Assembly: GCA_024405755.1 (NCBI GenBank)
Contig: JAKSOD010000002.1
Location: 13,729-77,728 of the forward strand
Direction: 5' to 3'
DNA from: Clostridia bacterium
GTDB taxonomy: Bacteria; Bacillota; Clostridia; Oscillospirales; CAG-272
DNA: 64,000 nt
Under the pieces are notes generated by a model. The model worked only from the letters and a program-made list of their open reading frames with translations. It was not told where the DNA came from and searched no databases. Positions 38,947-48,488 of the stretch are shown here, one piece after another (position 1 is the first letter of the stretch; the number at the start of each line of letters is the position of its first letter). A program made the translations under genes and the position numbers.

Positions 38947-39865
38947 CAGCATCCTCCCATTTACAGATATCATACTCAAAATCGGAAAAAAGTGATCTCT
39001 CATCCGGACAACGCGGCTTTCTTTTCAATCCGACATATGCACCGAAACTCCCGCTTCTGTGCAGAAGACCTATTCCCGAACGCCCGAGAAGTTCTCGGAC
39101 GGATGCGGCGTGAGCCGTGGCGATCAAAGGCACACCGCAGTTGTGCGCCGAACGGATCGCCTCAGCATCCGCCCTACTGCCGATCTCGTCGCAGACAATG
39201 ATCTCTGCACCGAGACTGCCGGCTGCAATCGCGATCCCGATCTCCTTGGGATACCCCGACAAAAGATCAATACACAAAGAAGATCCGTCAAGCGAATATC
39301 CGAGTTCACCGCGTGTATCCACCACCGCAACCCGTCGTGCATTACCTCCGGAAGCAAGCCGCCGCGCCACCGCACGCAGTACCGTGGTCTTTCCAACCCC
39401 CGGCGGAGAATATATCAGAACACCACGTGTATACTTCATTTCATCAATAAGACGACATATCTCCTCTCCCACGTCAGGTATAGGATGCGGTATCCGTACC
39501 GCAAGGGTGCTTATGTCGTATACTCCCGCGATCTTTCCTCCGCTGACGGAAGCACGCCCGCAAATTCCGACGCGAACACCGTCCCGCAGTGTTATGTACC
39601 CCTGAGCCATTGTGTCACGGTAGGCATAAACCGAGTTTTCACAAAGCCGCATCAGCACCTCGTCAGCCTCACTCCGTGTCAGCACCGCCGGTGTCAGCAC
39701 ATTGTGACCGTCAGCAGACAATGTCGCACGCCTGCCGCTGTGAAGACGCACTTCTTCTATCATTTTGCAATTCTGCGCAGCTTTGAGTATGTCATCTCTC
39801 ACCCGTGGCGGAAGAGCCGCCGCTACCTGCTCCGGTATTGAGTAAGAATTGTTCGATCCCGTCAT
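38912..39865 (-). CDS. spoIIIAA: Stage III sporulation ATPase AA
   Basis: EEVRL, SVYAY...GYITLRDGVRVGICG, Walker A SPPGVGKTT, DTRGE, CDEIG, ATAH. Confidence 0.92.
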   Translation of the reverse strand: MTGSNNSYSIPEQVAAALPPRVRDDILKAAQNCKMIEEVRLHSGRRATLSADGHNVLTPAVLTRSEADEVLMRLCENSVYAYRDTMAQGYITLRDGVRVGICGRASVSGGKIAGVYDISTLAVRIPHPIPDVGEEICRLIDEMKYTRGVLIYSPPGVGKTTVLRAVARRLASGGNARRVAVVDTRGELGYSLDGSSLCIDLLSGYPKEIGIAIAAGSLGAEIIVCDEIGSRADAEAIRSAHNCGVPLIATAHAASVRELLGRSGIGLLHRSGSFGAYVGLKRKPRCPDERSLFSDFEYDICKWEDADESCLIGNGAV

Positions 39866-39887
39866 TTTTTCACGCCCTTTCGTGATA

Positions 39888-39916
39888 ATTATATTGCCCG
39901 TCCGTCAAGAATATGA
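39888..39916 (-). promoter_or_regulatory. Sigma-E-type (mother cell) promoter of spoIIIA
   Basis: Minus strand TCATATT-14 nt-AATATAAT, close to the sigma-E consensus; spoIIIA is a known sigma-E target. Confidence 0.65.
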
Positions 39917-40033
39917 CAAGCAGTGTTTATTCTTCCGGAATATGCTTTTATTCGGATAAACTCATTTTTTCCATGATTCAGCCGCTTATTAAGCTGAAAA
40001 CCACGAAAAAACCCCGAAAACAGGTAATTTTTG

Positions 40034-40062
40034 TTGACAATTTCATGACACGGTGTTATAAT
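40034..40062 (+). promoter_or_regulatory. Consensus sigma-A promoter of alaS
   Basis: TTGACA-17 nt-TATAAT with an extended -10 TG. Confidence 0.75.
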
Positions 40063-40096
40063 AATTCAGAATATTTAATTGAAAGGGCAAAATGCT

Positions 40097-42751
40097 ATGC
40101 AATGGACTTCTCTCAACGACATCCGCGAGAAATACCTGTCCTTCTTTGAATCCAAGGGACATCTCCGACTGCCGTCATATCCGCTTATTCCTCACAATGA
40201 TAAATCCCTCCTTCTGATAAACTCCGGTATGGCTCCCATGAAAAAATTTTTCACCGGTGAGGAGGAGCCTCCGCGCCGCCGCGTTACCACCTGCCAAAAA
40301 TGCATCCGAACTCCCGACCTTGAACGTGTCGGTCATACCGCACGTCACGGCACTTTCTTCGAGATGCTCGGCAACTTCTCTTTCGGAGATTACTTCAAAA
40401 ACGAGGCAATTCCCATGGCTTGGGAATTCCTTACCAAAGTAATGGAGATACCCGAGAATCTTCTCTGGCCCTCCGTTTATGAGAACGACGACGAGGCTTA
40501 TGCCCTATGGCGCGACGTCATAGGTGTTCCCGAAGAGCATATCGTTCGCCTCGGCAAAGAGGACAACTTCTGGGAGCACGGCTCAGGTCCCTGCGGTCCA
40601 TGCTCCGAGATCTACTTTGACCGCGGCGAAAAGTACGGCTGCGGCAAACCCGATTGCAAACCCGGATGCGACTGCGACAGATATATGGAAATCTGGAACA
40701 ATGTTTTCTCTCAGTTCAACAACGACGGAAAAGGCAACTATACCGAACTCGTTCAGAAGAATATCGACACCGGTATGGGACTTGAACGTCTCGCCTGCGT
40801 TATTCAGGGCGTTGACAATATGTTTGAAGTAGATACGATCCGGAAGATCCTTGACCGCGTATGCGCCGTTTCCGGCAAAACCTACGGCGATGACAAGATC
40901 AACGACATTTCGATCCGCGTGATCACCGACCATGTAAAAAGCGCAATGTTTATGATCTGCGACGGAGTTATTCCCTCAAACGAAGGACGCGGATACGTTC
41001 TTCGCCGCATCATACGCCGTGCCTGCCGTCACGGAAAGCTCCTCGGTATCAACCATGCTTTTCTCGTTGATATCTGCTCGGTCGCTATCGGTGAAAATGT
41101 TGGTGCCTATCCCGAACTCGGCGAAAAATCCGATTATATCAAAAAAGTCCTCTCCATTGAAGAGGAACGTTTTGATGCCACCATCGACGCCGGACTTGCA
41201 ATACTTGAAGATATGCTGAACAATACAGACGGCAATGTCCTTTCCGGTGACGACGCATTCAAGCTATATGACACCTACGGATTTCCTCTTGACCTGACAC
41301 GTGAGATCGCCGAGGAGAAAGGATTCTCCATAGACGACGAGCGTTTCACCGCTCTGATGCAGGAACAGCGCACCCGCGCCCGTGCAGCCCGCGGAAATAT
41401 CAGCGGTTGGGCAAAGGAATCCAAGAATCTTATTGAAAATCTTCCTAAAACTCAGTTCCTCGGTTACACAGATAAGGAATGTGAGGCCAAAGTCCTTGCC
41501 CTGATCGTTGACGACGGAGATGAACCCCGTTCCGTGGATCAGGTAACAGAAGGCGAATTCACCGCAATCCTTGATAAAACCGTTCTATACGGCGAGGGCG
41601 GCGGTCAGGTAGGCGACACCGGAGCAATAATGATCGGCGACTGTAATGATCTGTCTATGCTCGCCGCCGTCGGAGACACCAAGAAAACCGACGGAATTTA
41701 CCTGCATATGTGCACTCTCCGTGACGGAGATGCCATTCACGTCGGCGACACCGTAAAAGCCGCTTACACCATTGAACGCCGCGAAGCGATCCGCCGTAAC
41801 CATTCCTCCCTCCACCTGCTGCAAGCTGCACTGCGGCTTGTTCTCGGCACTCATGTCGAGCAGGCAGGCTCCTATGTTGACGAATTCCGCGGACGTTTTG
41901 ACTTCACTCACTTCTCCGCAGTCACACGCGAAGAGCTGGATGAAGTTGAATCTATTGTCAACCACGCTATTCTTACCGGTACTGCAGTTGAAACAGTTGA
42001 AACCGACATAGACTCCGCGAAAAAAATGGGTGCTATGGCTCTCTTCGGAGAAAAATACGGAAAAATCGTCCGTGTTGTAAAAATGGGAGAGTTCTCCACA
42101 GAATTCTGCGGCGGTACTCACGTTGACAATACTGCAAAGATCGGTCTGTTCCATATTGTCAGCGAATCTTCCGTTGCATCCGGAGTACGGCGCATTGAAG
42201 TTGTAACCGGGAACAATGTTCTTGTGTTCTTCGATGAAAAGGAAAAACTGATCACCGATACCGCACGTGAACTGAAAGTTCAGAATCCCGCCGATATCGC
42301 GAAAAAAGCCGCTTCACTCTCAGCTGACCTTGCCGCAGCAAAACGCGAGATAGAAGCTCTGAACTCCAAACTTGCTTCCACGAAACTCGATTCTCTCCTT
42401 GCCGGTGCTGTAAAGATCGGAAACTTTGATCTTGTAACCGCAAGACTTGACGGAACTGCTATTGAGGTGGCACGTTCCATGGGTGACGAAATCAAGGCAA
42501 ATAAGCCTTCAACCGTTGCGGTCCTTGCAGTCAACACCGACGGAAAACTCAACTTTATCGCAGTTGCGGGTGCCGAGGCTGTCAAAGCAGGCGCACACGC
42601 CGGAAAGATCGTCTCCGCTGTCGCCGCAGTAACCGGCGGTAAGGGAGGCGGACGTCCGGACAATGCAATGGCGGGCGGACGAGATGCGGCTAAGATCGAC
42701 GAAGCTCTTTCTGCTGCCGCAGCCACACTCACATCTCAGATCATAAAATAA
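40097..42751 (+). CDS. alaS: Alanine--tRNA ligase
   Basis: NSGMAPMK, HGTFFEMLGNFSFGDYFK, DTGMGLER, editing motifs HSSLH and CGGTH, C-terminal GKGGGRPD. Confidence 0.98.
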   Translation: MQWTSLNDIREKYLSFFESKGHLRLPSYPLIPHNDKSLLLINSGMAPMKKFFTGEEEPPRRRVTTCQKCIRTPDLERVGHTARHGTFFEMLGNFSFGDYFKNEAIPMAWEFLTKVMEIPENLLWPSVYENDDEAYALWRDVIGVPEEHIVRLGKEDNFWEHGSGPCGPCSEIYFDRGEKYGCGKPDCKPGCDCDRYMEIWNNVFSQFNNDGKGNYTELVQKNIDTGMGLERLACVIQGVDNMFEVDTIRKILDRVCAVSGKTYGDDKINDISIRVITDHVKSAMFMICDGVIPSNEGRGYVLRRIIRRACRHGKLLGINHAFLVDICSVAIGENVGAYPELGEKSDYIKKVLSIEEERFDATIDAGLAILEDMLNNTDGNVLSGDDAFKLYDTYGFPLDLTREIAEEKGFSIDDERFTALMQEQRTRARAARGNISGWAKESKNLIENLPKTQFLGYTDKECEAKVLALIVDDGDEPRSVDQVTEGEFTAILDKTVLYGEGGGQVGDTGAIMIGDCNDLSMLAAVGDTKKTDGIYLHMCTLRDGDAIHVGDTVKAAYTIERREAIRRNHSSLHLLQAALRLVLGTHVEQAGSYVDEFRGRFDFTHFSAVTREELDEVESIVNHAILTGTAVETVETDIDSAKKMGAMALFGEKYGKIVRVVKMGEFSTEFCGGTHVDNTAKIGLFHIVSESSVASGVRRIEVVTGNNVLVFFDEKEKLITDTARELKVQNPADIAKKAASLSADLAAAKREIEALNSKLASTKLDSLLAGAVKIGNFDLVTARLDGTAIEVARSMGDEIKANKPSTVAVLAVNTDGKLNFIAVAGAEAVKAGAHAGKIVSAVAAVTGGKGGGRPDNAMAGGRDAAKIDEALSAAAATLTSQIIK

Positions 42752-42766
42752 TTATCTGATAAAAAA

Positions 42767-42973
42767 GGGCTGCTAAAAAAGTCAATACTTTTTAGCAGTC
42801 CACCAAAAGCAGTGGTCAGGAGCCACTGTTTTTGACGCGGCATTGGCGTTTTTGCCTTGAAACAAGGGTGGATTTTACTCTGTTTTCAGGGCAAAACGGC
42901 GGTGTTCAGCCGCCGAGCCAAATGTCGGAGGGGGTGTTAAAAAACTCGATAACGAGTTTTTTAACACCCCATT
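42767..42973. repeat. ~200-bp multi-hairpin element bounded by related palindromes (MITE- or IS-end-like); includes copy 2 of the dispersed repeat
   Basis: Left palindrome GGGCTGCTAAAAAAGT..ACTTTTTAGCAGTCC (42767-42801); perfect 18-bp right palindrome GGGGTGTTAAAAAACTCG-ATAA-CGAGTTTTTTAACACCCC (42931-42970); internal hairpins near 42805-42833 and 42846-42900. Confidence 0.6.
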
Positions 42974-42975
42974 TT

Positions 42976-44031
42976 TTATTTGTTATATATTTCTTCAAGT
43001 TTGGCCGTATACCGATCCATATTATCGAGCACGTCTGCTCTTGCTCGTGCGGCAGCAGATGCTTCCGCATATTTTGACTCATCATCAAGGAGTTCGGTCA
43101 ATTTTCCGAGAAACTCCTCGTCACTGCGGCATAGTTTTCCCTCATTTCCGTCTTCCGTCAGAATTGTCGGAATACCCCCGACCGGAGTTGCAAGCACAGG
43201 TTTACCGAGTGCCAACGCCTCAACGGCAACAAGTCCGTAGCCTTCCCACACGGACGTCATACACAGAATTCGGGAATTTCCGAGGATACCGTAGGGATTT
43301 TCCATAAATCCGGCAAGTGTAATACTGTCTTGCAGTCCGTCGGAAGCGATTTTCGCCTCAATTTCCCCGCGGAGTTCTCCGTCGCCGATCATAACAGCAC
43401 TGATTTTATGTGTCGCGGATAGTTTTTTTATAATTTCAACAAAACGAAGCGGATCTTTTGGCTCCGTTAATCTTCCGAGAGCCACAACGTCATATCCCGT
43501 TGTCTCCTCCGCTTCACCTGCAAGCCGGCGGGTACGCTCGGTATACACGGGATTGCTGACTATAACCTCTTTTTTCCGGAAGAACTTGCCGAATATGAAC
43601 TCATCAAATACGGACGGTGACACACCGAGCATTTTATAGTATTTGAAACAACTGAGACCGTATGCGATAGTTTTTAGATTCAGTTTTTTTATCCACGGGG
43701 TATTATTATGAATATGCGAGATAACGGGAATTCTGCCGGCGGCAAGGGCCGCCGTGATACTGGCAGTGAAATCGTGAGCATGGATAAAATCAGGTTTGTA
43801 CTTTTTGATTACCCGTTTCAATTCTCCGACTTTCATAGCTTCAATAGGCTCGAATTCAACGTCATTCTTTCGAAGGACTTCTCTGATTGAGCCGTCAAGG
43901 GAAACGTAAATGAATCTGATATCGCTTCCACGTTCGCGGAAGCCGCGGATCAGTGTTATGACAACATTTTCTGCGCCGGAGTACGATCCGGTATTAAGTA
44001 TGTGCAATACTGTTTTCACGACGATACTCAC
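42976..44031 (-). CDS. GT4-family glycosyltransferase
   Basis: YSGAENV, HAHDF, GRLTEPKDP, EGYGLVAVEA. Confidence 0.88.
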   Translation of the reverse strand: MSIVVKTVLHILNTGSYSGAENVVITLIRGFRERGSDIRFIYVSLDGSIREVLRKNDVEFEPIEAMKVGELKRVIKKYKPDFIHAHDFTASITAALAAGRIPVISHIHNNTPWIKKLNLKTIAYGLSCFKYYKMLGVSPSVFDEFIFGKFFRKKEVIVSNPVYTERTRRLAGEAEETTGYDVVALGRLTEPKDPLRFVEIIKKLSATHKISAVMIGDGELRGEIEAKIASDGLQDSITLAGFMENPYGILGNSRILCMTSVWEGYGLVAVEALALGKPVLATPVGGIPTILTEDGNEGKLCRSDEEFLGKLTELLDDESKYAEASAAARARADVLDNMDRYTAKLEEIYNK

Positions 44032-45185
44032 TCTCCGAGAAGTTCTCTGTAAAGTGCACAGGATTTTTCCATAACGACTTTATCCGAGAATCCCTCTATG
44101 TATTTCACGTTAAAAGCACCCATTTCCGCCCTGAGATCTGCATCAGCACGGAGTTTATCAATATTCTTTGCAAAGTCATCCACGGAATCGGGTGCGCAGA
44201 GATATCCGCCCTTTTCCTTCTGTACAAGGTCACTGTTCCCGCGGATTTTTGAAGCCACAACCGGCATTCCGCTCGCCATAGCCTCCATAACAGACGCGGG
44301 AAGCCCCTCTCTGAACGAAGGAAATGCAAATACATCACCCACGTGATAGAGCTCTGCCATATCGCGTCTGAAACCAAGTAGATGAACCCTGTCTGAAATT
44401 CCGAGTGATTCTGCAAGTTTTACGAGTTCGTCGTGATAATCACCTTTTCCGGCAACGGCATAGTGTACGTTTTTATCTTGCATCGACGCTATCGCCTTGA
44501 TTATCGTTGAGTGATTCTTATTGATGTTAAGCTCACCAACTGAAAAAACAAGGAAAGATTCCTCGGGTATATCGAGTTCACGACGCTTTTCTGCCCTGTC
44601 TATCACGGTGCCGGCAAATTTTTCCACATTAATTCCAACTCCGGGTATATACTCTATGCGGCCGGCATGCATTTTTTTCTTTGCACGTTCATAGTCCTCG
44701 CCGTTGATATTTATCAGGACATCAGTCATTCTTGCGCAAATTTTCTCGACCGGATAGAACATTATCCAGTTTTTGATTGGTGCACCGGTAAAGAAATGAT
44801 ATCCGTGGCATGTATATACAACTGTAGTTCCGCCTTTTCTTGCTTTCCTTGCGGCAAGTCTGGCAAGAATCGATGCCATGGGTGTATGGCAATGGATCAA
44901 ATCGTATTTTCCATCGTCAATCAATGCTTTCAGTTGGCGATAGGCGGTTATATTTTCTTTCTTAAACGGACTTCTTGCAAATTCCACATTGTGGAAAACA
45001 ACGCCTTTGGCATTTACACGGTCCATATATTCCCGTGTTCTCGCTTCACTCGTGTCTTCCATATAGTCACAGTTGCATGCGACATGAACCTCGCAGCCCA
45101 TATCGTCTACCAGAAAATCAATGTTTTCCTTCTGAAACCATTCAATAAAAGAAATCACACTTGCAACGATAAGTACTTTTTTCAC
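44028..45185 (-). CDS. GT4-family glycosyltransferase (EpsD-like)
   Basis: IHCHTP, YTCHGYHF, VGELNINKNH, SFREGLPASVMEAM. Confidence 0.9.
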   Translation of the reverse strand: MKKVLIVASVISFIEWFQKENIDFLVDDMGCEVHVACNCDYMEDTSEARTREYMDRVNAKGVVFHNVEFARSPFKKENITAYRQLKALIDDGKYDLIHCHTPMASILARLAARKARKGGTTVVYTCHGYHFFTGAPIKNWIMFYPVEKICARMTDVLININGEDYERAKKKMHAGRIEYIPGVGINVEKFAGTVIDRAEKRRELDIPEESFLVFSVGELNINKNHSTIIKAIASMQDKNVHYAVAGKGDYHDELVKLAESLGISDRVHLLGFRRDMAELYHVGDVFAFPSFREGLPASVMEAMASGMPVVASKIRGNSDLVQKEKGGYLCAPDSVDDFAKNIDKLRADADLRAEMGAFNVKYIEGFSDKVVMEKSCALYRELLGE

Positions 45186-45253
45186 AATATTTGTCGTCCT
45201 TTCAGATTATACTTCAGGGGCCGGAACACTTCCGTGCAACAGCCCCTCTTTTT

Positions 45254-45934
45254 TTATTTTTTCAGGATCAGATCGCGGCTTTCTGCCTGCTTGCGATCAT
45301 ATTCGTCCTGATCCACCGCACCGCTGCGAAGCAGATGATCCCCGAGGTCCTCGGCAGTCGCCATTCCCTCTTCGGTTATACCGTCACGCTTGAAGACTTT
45401 GAACACGGTCATCAACAGTATCTTTAGGTCCTCGATCAAAGTGATTTTTTCTATGTATTCAAGGTCGTATTCAAATTTCCTTTCCCACGACATATTGTTT
45501 CTTCCGCTGCATTGGGCAAGTCCCGTAAGTCCCTGACGTACTGTGTGGCGACGGCGCTGTTCCGGTGTCATAAACACCATGTCACGGACCAACTGAGGTC
45601 TCGGCCCCACTATGGCAAGATCGCCTACAAGAATATTTATTAATTCCGGAAGTTCGTCAAGCGATGTTGAGCGGAGCCACTTTCCGTACGGAACAAGTCT
45701 GACCTCGTCCGGCAGCAGTTTCCCCGATTCATCCCGCTCATTTGTCATTGTACGGAATTTGATCAGCCGGAAGATTTTCTCGTCTTTCCCCGGGCGAAGC
45801 TGTGTAAAGAACGGATTCCCTTTCATTATTATTGCACCGACGATCATCAGCACCATCATAAGGGGTGAGAGAATGATCAAAGCGATCAGCGACAGAAAAA
45901 AGTCGAAGATCCTTTTGAAAAACTTTGCATACAT
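45254..45934 (-). CDS. Initiating polyprenyl-phosphate sugar phosphotransferase (PglC/EpsL-like)
   Basis: KRIFDF, KFRTM, RSTSLDELPEL, VGPRP, GLTGLAQ. Confidence 0.9.
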   Translation of the reverse strand: MYAKFFKRIFDFFLSLIALIILSPLMMVLMIVGAIIMKGNPFFTQLRPGKDEKIFRLIKFRTMTNERDESGKLLPDEVRLVPYGKWLRSTSLDELPELINILVGDLAIVGPRPQLVRDMVFMTPEQRRRHTVRQGLTGLAQCSGRNNMSWERKFEYDLEYIEKITLIEDLKILLMTVFKVFKRDGITEEGMATAEDLGDHLLRSGAVDQDEYDRKQAESRDLILKK

Positions 45935-45941
45935 GGAAGTA

Positions 45942-47072
45942 TCAGAAGCAGGAACGGATCGCATCGATCACGTACTGCTGTTCCTCCTCCGTCATTTTGA
46001 TATCCGAAGGCAGGCAAAGTCCGCGCGCGAAAACATCTTCGCCAACCGACTTATCTGCGGCACTCACTACATCATGTCCGCGGAATACCGGCTGCATATG
46101 CATGGGTTTCCATATAGGTCTTGACTCAACATTCGCTTCGTTAAGACGATTGAGAATATCCATGGGAGCGACCTGGCATCCCTCATCAATGAGCAGACAT
46201 GACAGCCAGAAGTTGGGCTTTGTGTTATCAAGATACGGATTCATAGTAACCGGCAGACCTGAAAGTCCTTCTGCGTATCTGCGGTAAATGGCTTCTTTTC
46301 TGTCACGGTGCTCTTCAAGGTGAAGCAGTTGGCCTCTGCCGATACCGGCAACGACATTGGACATACGGTAGTTATAACCTATTTCCTCATGCTGATACCA
46401 TGGTGCAGGTTCTCTTGCCTGAGTTGCCCAGAAAAATGCCTTTTTCCTTGATGCCTCGTCATCTGAAATAAGCATACCTCCGCCGGAGGTGGTGATGATC
46501 TTGTTTCCGTTGAAGGAGATAGCGTTGTACTTTCCGAATGTTCCGCACATTTTCCCTTCATACTGAGCGGAAAGTGCCTCTGCCGCATCTTCAATAAGAA
46601 CAGCATTATGCTTCTTACATATATCTGTGATTTCTTTCATCTTTGCGGGAGTACCGTAAAGGTGGGCAAGAACGACAACCTTTGCCTCCGGATACTTGCT
46701 AAAAGCCAGTTCGAGTGATTCGGGATCCATATTCCATGTATCTCGCTCCGAATCAACGAATACCTGAACTCCGCCCTCGTAACTGATGGGGTTAACGGTA
46801 GCGGAAAAAGTCATATCGGAAGCAAGTACAATATCCCCGCGCTTCACTCCAGCAAGTTTAACCGCAAGGTGAAGTGCTGATGTTCCGGAACACAGCGACA
46901 ACGTATAATATGTTTTGTCTTCTTTCCCGGAAAGATATGCTCCCATTTCATCCTCGAATCCGTCACAGTTGAATCCGAGCGGAGCTATCCAGTTCCGATC
47001 AAAAGCCTCTTTCACATATGTAAGTTCTTCTTCGTGCATTGTAGGAGATGACAGTAAAATTCTCTTTTCCAT
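45942..47072 (-). CDS. DegT/DnrJ/EryC1/StrS PLP-dependent sugar aminotransferase (PglE/EpsN-like)
   Basis: SGTSALHLA, EDAAEAL, SFNGNKIITTSGGG, GYNYRMSN, GLCLPS. Confidence 0.92.
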   Translation of the reverse strand: MEKRILLSSPTMHEEELTYVKEAFDRNWIAPLGFNCDGFEDEMGAYLSGKEDKTYYTLSLCSGTSALHLAVKLAGVKRGDIVLASDMTFSATVNPISYEGGVQVFVDSERDTWNMDPESLELAFSKYPEAKVVVLAHLYGTPAKMKEITDICKKHNAVLIEDAAEALSAQYEGKMCGTFGKYNAISFNGNKIITTSGGGMLISDDEASRKKAFFWATQAREPAPWYQHEEIGYNYRMSNVVAGIGRGQLLHLEEHRDRKEAIYRRYAEGLSGLPVTMNPYLDNTKPNFWLSCLLIDEGCQVAPMDILNRLNEANVESRPIWKPMHMQPVFRGHDVVSAADKSVGEDVFARGLCLPSDIKMTEEEQQYVIDAIRSCF

Positions 47073-47279
47073 ATTAGTCCTTCCTTATGCCATTCGGGAT
47101 CTTGTGATAATGATAGTTTTCGGCACAGCTTTGCGTATATTCTGACGGATATGTTCCGACTTTTTTACACACTTTTCGACTATACTAATCCATTATATAC
47201 AAGTGTACCACTTTTTTGAATCTTAAATATTAATTTTTTAAAACATTTAGGAAAACATTATGTTAACAAGCAAAAGAGA

Positions 47280-47301
47280 CCGGCTGACAAATGTCAGCCG
47301 G
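47280..47301 (-). terminator. Intrinsic terminator of the large ABC operon
   Basis: CCGGCTGACA-AA-TGTCAGCCGG followed on the minus strand by TCTCTTTTG. Confidence 0.7.
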
Positions 47302-47339
47302 CCCACGGTCATTATTGCTATGATTATACCCGTGCAGTA

Positions 47340-48470
47340 TCAGTCGGCGGTAAGTCCGGAACGTTCGATACCCTGTACCAGGAATTTCTGGCAGAACAGG
47401 TACATGATGATCAGCGGAAGCATGATCAGCAGTCCGCAGGTGTTTCTGATCGCAGGATAGTAAAGGTTCTGTCCTGCATAGTTTGTTTCAAGTGACTTCG
47501 GAATAGCAACGACATCCGGCATAAGCACTGTCTTCGTTGTTGTGAAGAACAGTTTCGTGTAGAAGTCGTCGGTCCACTGCCATGAGAAGGCAAACAGGAA
47601 AACAGTGATCATCATAGGTATGGACAGCGGAAGAATGATCTGAATGAAGGTTCGGAAAGTACCCGAGCCGTCGATATAGGCGGATTCTTCAAGTTCATCC
47701 GGAACTCCGCGGAAGAACTGGCGGAGAAGGAAGATGTAAAGTCCGTTCTTGAATGCAAGACCGGTCAGTGACAGTACGATCAACGGCCAGAATGTGTTGT
47801 TGAGGTTAATACCGCCGTCAGCAACAAGTCCTTGAAGCAGTTTGCTCGTTCCGCCGTCTCCGAATATGTTGATCGAAGCAAGAATGTTATTCAGCCATTC
47901 AACATTTCCGACGCTTGCGTTACCCGAAAGGAATCCGAGTATTCCGAATACATCAAAGAAACGGAAGTGCATAAAGAGCGACAACTGCAGCGTCTGGTGA
48001 GGAACAACCATTGTCAGGATAACAGCACCGAATATCAGTTTTGCACCCTTGAACTTGAACTTTGCAAGACCGTAAGCAATAAGGCAGCAGATGAATGTCT
48101 GGATAAGAGCTGTGGATCCTGCAAGCAGAAGAGTGTTTCCGAATGCCTGGAAGTAGTTGTTTTCAAGCAGGATAAATTTGTAAATATCCAGTGAAAAATG
48201 CTTCGGGATAAGCATAACGGTAACATCAACGAAGTCTTCCTTGCTCATGAAAGATCCGGCGATCTTGCTGTAAAAGGGGAACAGAACTATATAAGCGATA
48301 CCAACGAGAAGAATGAATCTGAAAAGATACCATACGACGTTTCCAATGAAAGCCGTATTGATAAACTTTGCTTTCAGACGTTCTTTAAGAGGAGTACGTT
48401 CAAACTCGACTTTTATCTTGTTTTTGGTCTCCTTTTTGATTTTAGGAGCCATGGATTCTTGTGCATTCAT
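47340..48470 (-). CDS. Carbohydrate (CUT1) ABC permease, MalG-like, second pair
   Basis: AYGLAKFKF, EAA loop ELEESAYIDGSG, FSWQWTD, FLVQGIERSG. Confidence 0.9.
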   Translation of the reverse strand: MNAQESMAPKIKKETKNKIKVEFERTPLKERLKAKFINTAFIGNVVWYLFRFILLVGIAYIVLFPFYSKIAGSFMSKEDFVDVTVMLIPKHFSLDIYKFILLENNYFQAFGNTLLLAGSTALIQTFICCLIAYGLAKFKFKGAKLIFGAVILTMVVPHQTLQLSLFMHFRFFDVFGILGFLSGNASVGNVEWLNNILASINIFGDGGTSKLLQGLVADGGINLNNTFWPLIVLSLTGLAFKNGLYIFLLRQFFRGVPDELEESAYIDGSGTFRTFIQIILPLSIPMMITVFLFAFSWQWTDDFYTKLFFTTTKTVLMPDVVAIPKSLETNYAGQNLYYPAIRNTCGLLIMLPLIIMYLFCQKFLVQGIERSGLTAD

Positions 48471-48488
48471 TTATCTGTCCTCCTTTCA

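Noticed and set aside
18839-42973. Palindromic repeats as CRISPR repeats
   Set aside because: Only two isolated copies 24 kb apart, with no spacer array and no cas genes.
42832-43088. Small ORFs 42832-43077 (+) and 42906-43088 (-) as transposase remnants
   Set aside because: Short, overlap the GT4 gene and the palindromes, and show no DDE-type motifs.
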